NCBI GenBank assembly: GCA_000388065.2
Contig: KB932206.1
Origin: Fonticula alba ATCC 38817
Lineage: Eukaryota > Protista > Nucleariida
Direction: 5' to 3' (one strand)
Length of the DNA stretch: 5,805 nt
Shown here: piece after piece, positions 1 to 5,805 of the stretch
Layout of the letters: every line of letters starts with the position of its first letter
Position numbering within the stretch: the stretch's first letter is position 1
Program-made: the position numbers and the translations under genes
The notes under the pieces: generated by a model
Database searches by the model: none
What the model was told of the DNA's origin: nothing
Seen by the model: the letters and a program-made list of their open reading frames with translations, nothing else

Positions 1-141
1 GAGCGCGGCAGGTTGACGGTACATCATTTTCGGCGTCTCAAGGGCCGGCGAATGGGGCGCTCCTTTTTTAGGGTCTACATGCGTCGGACCGCCCCTCCGC
101 CGAGGGGGGGGGGGGGCGAGTCGCGCGCCCCACGGGAGGCG

Positions 142-143
<2 letters not shown>

Positions 144-172
<29 letters not shown>
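144..172 (+). repeat. (CT)n microsatellite (also at 5157-5185; shorter CT tracts near 1833-1852 and 2793-2820)
   Basis: 29-nt alternating CT tract. Confidence 0.9.
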
Positions 173-179
<7 letters not shown>

Positions 180-220
180 GCGCCGCGTCCGTGTTACCTC
201 CGCGGTGCGGTGGACCAGGA

Positions 221-241
221 GGGGGGGGGGGGGGGGGGGGG
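221..241 (+). repeat. G21 homopolymer (other long G or C runs at 104-116, 490-500, 734-749, 3806-3818, 4064-4078)
   Basis: Read directly from the sequence. Confidence 0.9.
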
Positions 242-861
242 CGTCGACCCGCAGGGCGGTGTGTGCTGCGCCTCTGTTTCGGGTCTCTTAACGGCGCCGC
301 GCATGCTGCACCTCCCGTCCGGGGAGGGGGAAACTTGGGGAGCTGGACGTGTGCTGCTCGTGGGGGCACGCAGTCCCCGGCCATTTGGCGTGGGCCGGGC
401 CGGACGCGCGCGCACACCGATTTGGTGCGCTTCCCGGCGCCCGGCGGCGGGCGTGGCTTTGTTTCCGCCTCGGGCGTGGTTCCGGGAGAGGGGGGGGGGG
501 CTGCGATCCAGCCGGATCGGTTTCGCCCCATGTTCCGGGCCTCTGTCCCCCCGGTGCAGGCTCTCCTCCGCTGGCAGGGAGAGGGCGGGGGGGAGCCGGC
601 GCAGCCGGGAGGGAAGAAGGGCTGCCGTTGGTGGGGGCAATGTCCCTCGGCTGCCCGGACGCGGGCGTGTCTCGTGTGCCGCGGGGTGTCCCCGGAACGT
701 GTCTTGTCCCGCCCTGCGGACCGGCCCCCTCCTCCCCCCCCCCCCCCCCGACCGCGCCCGGAGTCAGTCCGCCGTTGCTGGGCCTGCCCCGCGTGCGGGG
801 GCGGAAGTGCCGGGGGGGCAGCGGGGGAGTGAGCCGGGCGGGGGGAGTGGTGGGCGGGGGG

Positions 862-891
862 CGAAAATGAAATTGAGGCACCCTCCCAAAC
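862..891 (+). promoter_or_regulatory. Candidate two-part core promoter element of RPL24 (CGAAAATGA-N12-CTCCCAAAC)
   Basis: AT-richer island 77-106 nt upstream of the ATG. Both 9-mers recur in the same order on the minus strand at 5045-5008. Function is inferred, not shown. Confidence 0.4.
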
Positions 892-967
892 ACTGACACA
901 CGCTGGAGACCTCTTGGCTTCCTTACTTGTTGTGTTTCACTCATCGCTAGTACTGAAGTTCTTCACA

Positions 968-2245
968 ATGAAGTCCGTTTTCCTGCCTCCCCTCCTCCCC
1001 CCCCTTTTGCACCTCCTCCTCCTCCTCCTCCTCCTCCCTCGGCGCCCTCCTCCTCCTCCTCCTCCTCCCTCGGCGCCCTCCTCCTCCTCCTGCCCGCGCT
1101 CTGCTCTGCGTGGATCTCCCGTCGGCGCGCGTGCGTGCGCGCCTCCCTCATGTCCTCTGGATCCCTGTTGTTTCGGTTTGTGAACGCGCGCGCGTGTGTG
1201 CGCACGCACGGGCGACGGGACTACGCTCGTGTGCACCGCACGCCCTGCTGCGCGCGAGCCCGGCCGCGAACGTGCACATCTGATCGGGTGACTCCCTTGG
1301 ATTCCTCCCCCCCACCCACAGACATGTCGGAGCGCCGCCGCCGCCGCCGCCGCCGCCACCGTATCGGGAGACCGCCGAGCCGCGAGACAGCGGGGCATGG
1401 GGGCGGCCCCAGAGCGCCGAGGGTTCCCCCCCACTTCTTTTCCGCTGTCCCGGTCGGATGCGACAATTCCTTCCTGCATCCGACGACGTAACCCCGCTAA
1501 CCGACTCCCATTCTTGCCCCCCCGCGCGCGCACTCCCTCTCCCTCCTCGTCCACAGGGTCGAGATCTGCTCGTACTCTCACTACCGTATCCACCCCGGTC
1601 ACGGCAAGCGCTATGTCCGCCTGGACTCCCGCGTACGTGGTGGTTTGCTCACACTTCCCCTTGTGACAGTCCTTTCTCTCTCTTTCTACGCGCGCGCGCG
1701 AGTGCGAGCGTCTCGTCCCCTAACATCGCCTCCCCGCTCGGTCTGCCTCTGTCTTCTCTCCCCTTCCCCCGTGCATTCCCGCCCCCCTCCCCACTCGCGC
1801 TCGCGCGCCCCGCCCCCTCTCATCCATCACCACTCTCTCTCTCTCTCTCTCTGCCCGTCCGTCCTGCTCGCAGTCCTTCGTCTTCATCACCCGCAAGGCT
1901 GAGAAGGCTTTCCTGAACAAGTGCAACCCCCGCCGCACTCGCTGGACTGTCATCTACCGCCGCATGAACAAGAAGGGTATCTCTGAGGAGACTTCCCGCA
2001 AGCGCAACCGCAAGACCAAGAAGTTCTTCCGCGGTGTCGTCGGCGCCTCTGCCGAGGTCGTCCGCGCCAAGCGCAACCAGGCCCCCGAGCTCCGCGAGGC
2101 CCAGCGCAACGCCGCCATCAAGGAGGCCAAGGAGAAGAGCCGCGCCCGCAAGGAGGCCCTCAAGGCCCAGGGTGCCGCTGCCTCCCAGCAGAAGACCTTC
2201 GCCAAGACTGTCCGCGCCCCCAAGTTCATGGCCACCTCCCGCTAA
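968..2245 (+). CDS. RPL24: 60S ribosomal protein eL24 (L24), spliced: join(968..972,1557..1632,1874..2245), 150 aa
   Basis: Hand-spliced translation: [150 protein letters not shown]. It has the eL24 hallmarks C-x-(F/Y)-S, (Y/H)PGHG, NPR-x3-WT-x2-YRR-x2-KKG, GAS and KRNQxPE. ATG at 968 (context cacaATG), TAA at 2243-2245. Exons of 5+76+372 = 453 nt stay in frame across canonical GT-AG junctions. Codons end strongly in C/G. It lacks the extra Cys residues of the nucleolar paralogue RLP24. Confidence 0.96.
1012..1091 (+). repeat. Compound (CCT)n microsatellite with a duplicated CCTCGGCGC spacer, in intron 1
   Basis: Reads (cct)n-cctcggcgc-(cct)n-cctcggcgc-(cct)n directly in the sequence. Confidence 0.9.
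1334..1357 (+). repeat. (GCC)8 microsatellite in intron 1
   Basis: Eight consecutive gcc units. Confidence 0.9.
1633..1873 (+). other. Spliceosomal intron 2 of RPL24 (241 nt, phase 0)
   Basis: Donor GTACGT at 1633 after ...LDSR. Acceptor GCAG ends at 1873, and exon 3 (SFVFIT...) is in frame with the ORF at 1964-2245. CTAAC at 1720-1724 is followed by a long pyrimidine tract. Confidence 0.92.
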
Positions 2246-2289
2246 GTGCGTGCGAGTGTGACACATCTCCTTGTGTGGGGGGCGGCCGG

Positions 2290-2325
2290 GCGCGCGCGTG
2301 TGCGTGTGTGCGTGTGTGTGCGTAT
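2290..2325. repeat. 36-nt alternating purine-pyrimidine (CG/TG) tract just downstream of the RPL24 stop
   Basis: gcgcgcgcgtgtgcgtgtgtgcgtgtgtgtgcgtat alternates without interruption. Confidence 0.85.
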
Positions 2326-3307
2326 CGCATGCGCGCTCCTCCACGTCCGCACGCGCGCCCCGGCTGCCCGACTGTGCCCCGCAAAGGTGGGAGTGGTGTG
2401 TGTGTCGTGTGGTGTGGCGGGGGGGGGTCCCCCCCTCTCCCTCCCCTCTCCTCGCCCCGCGGCAAGAGCGCCGCCGCCGATTCACTCTCCCATCCCTCCC
2501 CCCGCACGGTGTGCTCTCGGTTTCTCTCGGGCGGAGCGGCGCCCGGATGGAGGGGGGCCCCCAGTGCGCGCACGCTCTCGTGCTGCGGGGGCCCCTCCCT
2601 TCCCTCTCTCTCTCTCCCCCTTCGGATTGCAGCGCGCTCTGTGGTGTGCAGTTGCATCGTCATCATCTTGTCAAACAGCGATAACTTTTCTCGATATTCC
2701 GCCGCGCGCGCGCGCTCTGCCGGTGTCTTATTTTGCGTGTGTCTGGGGGGGCGGGGCGGGGGGAGAGGGGCTCGGTGTCGTGTCTCGCGTTGCTCTCTCG
2801 CTCTCTCTCTCGCTCTCTCTGCGTCTCACCTGTGCCGCTGCTGTGGGGTGGGCTGTGTGCTGTTGGCGGTTGCCGCCTTCCGGGGGTGGGGGCGGGCTAT
2901 CCTGCCCCTCCCGGGCGCTGGGTCCGTTCGCCGGCCGGCCTTCCGGGAACGCAGGGGACCGTGGCCGAGGGGGGGAGGATCGCCGGGCCTAGTTGTGTGT
3001 GCGCGCCCCTCCTCTGCGTCTGATATGGAGGCTGCATCCTCCTCCGCAGGCGGCTTGCCTCGGCGCCTAGTCCCCCGGCCTGGCGCGGGGAACCCTCCCC
3101 TGCTCCGGCGGGGGCCGCCGGGGGCCCCGTCCTCTCTCCCCCGGTGACGCAGGACACGCGAAGGGGGCCTGCGGGCGCCGGCCGGGGCGCGCGCGCGCAT
3201 CCTGGCGTAGTTGTGGGCAGGGGAGCAGCGGGCATAATCCGGCCCCTGCGCTGTTTGCACGGCCGGGGGGGGGGAGGCCCGGGGAGGCAGCCCGGCGGTG
3301 TACTTGT

Positions 3308-3795
3308 TCATTGGCACATATGACACATGATCAATCCAACTTGTTTACCCTCGGCAAGGCGCGCAAAGTCAATCCGGGCAGGGCCGACCGTGGTGACCTC
3401 GATCGGCGTGGCTGCGGGCCCCAGGACATCGGCGCGCCCCGGGCGGGCACGGCGGGGGAACCCAGCTGCGTCTTTGTCGAGCGCCCTGCCCGGGGCCGGT
3501 CCCTCTCGCCCCCCCATCTGAGGAGAGGGGGAGCCGGTGGGCGCCCGGGGCTGGCTGGGACTGGCTGGGAGGGATGATTCGCTTCCCGGCCTGGACGTTG
3601 CGCCCGTTCGGAGCATACGTAGAGCGAGCCGTCAGCATTTCGGCTTGGTCCTTCCCCGGGTCAGGTATGTATGTTCCGGTCCGCTCACCAAGAGAGGTCC
3701 TGAGGCCCATGTAGATTGCCAGGGGCGAAAGGGAGGCCGGGGCAGCGAGGAGGAAATGACTGGCGTGCTGGTCACGGCAGCGGGGTCCCCGGCTG
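3308..3795 (-). pseudogene. Possible frameshifted coding remnant of unknown family; C-terminal part weakly resembles a PD-(D/E)xK restriction-like endonuclease motif
   Basis: Two protein-like minus-strand segments (LAIYMGLRTSLGERTGTYIPDPGKDQAEML...KRIIPPSQ and ALDKDAAGFP...RADVLGPAATPIEVTTVGPARIDFARLAEGKQVGLIMCHMCQ*) join into one frame if one copy of the 10-bp duplication at 3551-3570 is removed. No homology search was possible. Confidence 0.25.
3551..3570 (+). repeat. Perfect 10-bp tandem duplication (CTGGCTGGGA x2)
   Basis: ctggctggga ctggctggga at 3551-3560 and 3561-3570. Confidence 0.9.
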
Positions 3796-3805
3796 NNNNN
3801 NNNNN
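3796..3805. other. Assembly/scaffold gap (10 N) next to a poly-G run
   Basis: Ten N characters followed by G13. The true gap length is unknown. Confidence 0.95.
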
Positions 3806-4689
3806 GGGGGGGGGGGGGAAGGGGGGCCCGGGGCGGCGAGGACGCGCGAAGCCCGGTGGACCAGCACAAGAGCCCGCGGCCGGAGGTTGCCCCACGCCGG
3901 TGCGCGCGCATCAAGGCCGCATCTTCCGGCACGCGCTCTATCTCCCCCCGATCTAGCCCCCTGGGGAGAGAGACCCATTTCTCCCCAACCGCTGGGGGGT
4001 TGTGCGGCGCAGCAGGCCGGGGCCCTTCGTGCGGCGGGAAAATATAGAGCGCGACCCGGGGCTGGGGGGGGGGGGGGGCTCTGGCCTCACCAAATGAGGC
4101 CGCCTCCTGGCCAGGCACCGGGGACAGAGGGGCCGGGACCAGGCGACGGGAGAACCTTGTACAACCGCGGTGCACGGGCATCCACGATCATCCTCTCGGG
4201 ATATAATCGCTGATTATTAAAAAAGCAGGGCTTTCGGTGTTTTCCGGCTGGTTTCGAACGTTTCCCCACGCAGCCACCCCCCCTGGCCCTCTTCCCGAGC
4301 TGCCCTGCAAAGGCGGAGTGGCGCCCGACTTCGGTGGGTTCCCCGGGGACAGCGGATCCATCGTCGCCGGGGGGGGGTGTTCAGACGTCTCCCCTGTCCC
4401 GGGAGGTGCGGCTGTCTCCGGGCAGGAATGAGCAAAGGGCGCGATCATTGATCCCATAGTGCACCCCCCCCCCCTGGCCTCCGGGTGTGTGTTCGGCTGC
4501 CGTCCAAGTCTCTCCTTCTCTCCTTCTCTTTTCCCGGCCGGCTTGCCCCGCCTCTCCCTGCTGCGGGGGGCGGGAGGAAGGGAGCTTTGAGGGTCAATTA
4601 CCAGCACCGATGGTTGGAGGCAGCGCGGTCACCCAGGGGGTACTTAATTTCCCGCCTGCACTGGATCCTCATCTTTTCGGCGTGCTCCG

Positions 4690-5082
4690 CCCGAAGTTCG
4701 GGATCGATAGGGTTCGGGCCCAGGGTTGTCGCTCTTAACCGTGATATACGGTTACAATCCGTTGGGCATGTGTGCGCTCACATGTCCAACGGCGCTCTGG
4801 GCACGCGTCAGCGGCACTCTCTTGGAGCCTCGCCACCCTTGTTCCCTGCGGACGCCGTTCGCGCACCTCGACTGGAAAGCGAGAAGACAAGGGGCCAGAG
4901 GCAAGCCGAGTCGGTTGCCTCTCGGCGTGTGCCCCTCGGCCCGTGGCTTGTGCTCTCGGCCGCGTCTCACACTCCCGGACGTCTTTGCTTGTGCAAGGTC
5001 TCTCATGGTTTGGGAGCGCGGCAGGTTGACGGTACATCATTTTCGGCGTCTCAAGGGCCGGCGAATGGGGCGCTCCTTTTTT
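4690..5082 (+). ncRNA. Putative structured non-coding RNA or DNA hairpin cluster, family unidentified
   Basis: Stems at 4690-4702, 4736-4754 (7 bp), 4759-4792 (14 bp with one G-U), 4867-4883 (GGAA tetraloop), 4894-4926 (about 14 bp with two bulges) and 5013-5019/5070-5076 (7 bp), followed directly by T6 at 5077-5082. No known RNA family signature recognised. Confidence 0.25.
5008..5045 (-). promoter_or_regulatory. Minus-strand copy of the two-part element (CGAAAATGA-N20-CTCCCAAAC), followed by cATG at 5006
   Basis: Reverse complement reads ccgaaaatga-tgtaccgtcaacctgccgcg-ctcccaaac-c-ATG. Confidence 0.35.
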
Positions 5083-5154
5083 AGGGTCTACATGCGTCGG
5101 ACCGCCCCTCCGCCGAGGGGGGGGGGGGGCGAGTCGCGCGCCCCACGGGAGGCG

Positions 5155-5192
<38 letters not shown>

Positions 5193-5805
5193 GCGCCGCG
5201 TCCGTGTTACCTCCGCGGTGCGGTGGACCAGGAGGGGGGGGGGGGGGGGGGGGGCGTCGACCCGCAGGGCGGTGTGTGCTGCGCCTCTGTTTCGGGTCTC
5301 TTAACGGCGCCGCGCATGCTGCACCTCCCGTCCGGGGAGGGGGAAACTTGGGGAGCTGGACGTGTGCTGCTCGTGGGGGCACGCAGTCCCCGGCCATTTG
5401 GCGTGGGCCGGGCCGGACGCGCGCGCACACCGATTTGGTGCGCTTCCCGGCGCCCGGCGGCGGGCGTGGCTTTGTTTCCGCCTCGGGCGTGGTTCCGGGA
5501 GAGGGGGGGGGGGCTGCGATCCAGCCGGATCGGTTTCGCCCCATGTTCCGGGCCTCTGTCCCCCCGGTGCAGGCTCTCCTCCGCTGGCAGGGAGAGGGCG
5601 GGGGGGAGCCGGCGCAGCCGGGAGGGAAGAAGGGCTGCCGTTGGTGGGGGCAATGTCCCTCGGCTGCCCGGACGCGGGCGTGTCTCGTGTGCCGCGGGGT
5701 GTCCCCGGAACGTGTCTTGTCCCGCCCTGCGGACCGGCCCCCTCCTCCCCCCCCCCCCCCCCGACCGCGCCCGGAGTCAGTCCGCCGTTGCTGGGCCTGC
5801 CCCGC
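5014..5805 (+). repeat. Direct repeat copy B (792 bp; identical to 1-792), running to the window end
   Basis: Offset of exactly 5013 from copy A, with no differences found on visual comparison. Confidence 0.97.

Larger units (their letters stand above)
1..792 (+). repeat. Direct repeat copy A (792 bp; identical to 5014-5805)
   Basis: Same start (gagcgcggcaggttgacgg) and end (ctgggcctgccccgc) as 5014-5805. Homopolymer and microsatellite lengths checked by eye match (G13, 29-nt CT tract, G21, G11, C16). The ORF at 194..640 recurs at 5207..5653 (offset 5013). Confidence 0.97.
973..1556 (+). other. Spliceosomal intron 1 of RPL24 (584 nt, phase 2, splits Lys2 codon AA|G)
   Basis: Donor GTCCGT at 973 directly after ATGAA. 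Branch-like GCTAAC at 1496-1501, then a pyrimidine tract and acceptor CAG at 1554-1556. Splicing restores MKVEIC. Confidence 0.88.

Noticed and set aside
1-792. Terminal repeats as LTRs of a retrotransposon
   Set aside because: Repeat boundaries coincide with the window edges, so TG...CA ends, PBS/PPT and target-site duplications cannot be seen. No gag/pol is present between them.
801-917. GGGGCGGAAGTG (GC-box/ETS-like) and CCTCTT (TCT/5'TOP-like) elements upstream of RPL24
   Set aside because: Short metazoan-type motifs that occur easily in GC-rich DNA, and the host lineage and TSS are unknown.
174-944. Long ORFs 174..896(+), 191..832(+), 288..944(-), 349..870(+), 194..640(-) and their copies after 5014
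   Set aside because: Gly/Pro/Arg-rich translations of GC-rich low-complexity DNA that run through homopolymers. All frames are open at once and no domain is recognisable.
1964-2245. 93-aa ORF starting MNKKG as a stand-alone gene
   Set aside because: Internal Met of RPL24 exon 3. The conserved N-terminus is supplied by upstream exons.
968-2245. Assignment as RLP24/RSL24D1 (ribosome-biogenesis paralogue)
   Set aside because: It lacks the CxxC and downstream Cys zinc ligands of RLP24 and has the GAS/KRNQ region typical of cytoplasmic eL24.
1820-2485. 221-aa minus-strand ORF and ORF 1954..2235(-)
   Set aside because: Antisense shadows of the codon-biased RPL24 exon 3.
2246-3147. ORFs 2246..2992(+), 2275..3147(+), 2271..2684(+), 2226..2666(-)
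   Set aside because: Translations of GT/CG/CT microsatellite-rich 3' flank with no coding-like composition.
3690-3875. LLCWSTGLRAS and LAIYMGLRTS as tyrosine recombinase box I motifs (minus strand)
   Set aside because: Both lack the conserved Glu after R-x-(S/G), and no HxxR or catalytic Tyr box was found downstream.
4708-4727. Two AGGGTT motifs as telomeric repeats or a telomerase template
   Set aside because: Not tandem, and the complementary AACCCTA is too short to support a template call.
4736-4754. Stem-loop as a CRESS-DNA rolling-circle origin
   Set aside because: The loop GATAT does not match the NANTATTAC nonanucleotide, and no HUH Rep ORF is present.
5056-5070. GGCGAATGGG resembling the 3' end of the HDV ribozyme or RNase MRP CR-V
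   Set aside because: No compatible P1/P3/L3 nested pseudoknot upstream and no GAAAGUCCCC-type CR-I partner in the right position.
1-5805. CRISPR array, tRNA, rRNA, snRNA, C/D snoRNA, hammerhead ribozyme
   Set aside because: No repeat-spacer periodicity, cloverleaf or B-box, rRNA/snRNA signature, RUGAUGA box, or CUGANGA core with a correctly placed GAAA was found by eye.

Overview
Very GC-rich eukaryotic genomic DNA, dense in homopolymers and microsatellites, from a scaffolded assembly (10-N gap at 3796-3805). The one confidently identifiable gene is a complete, spliced cytoplasmic 60S ribosomal protein eL24 (RPL24) on the + strand: join(968..972,1557..1632,1874..2245), 150 aa, with two GT-AG introns. 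The ORF track captures only its last 93 aa. Bases 1-792 recur exactly at 5014-5805 (period 5013 bp), so the window is one circular 5013-bp molecule, one unit of a tandem array, or an assembly overlap. The rest of the unit holds three weaker signals: (i) a second, oppositely oriented copy of a two-part motif found upstream of RPL24, suggesting a divergent promoter; (ii) a dense hairpin cluster at about 4690-5082 ending in a T6 run; (iii) a frameshifted minus-strand coding-like remnant at 3308-3795 with weak resemblance to a restriction-like endonuclease motif. The host lineage cannot be determined from the sequence alone.
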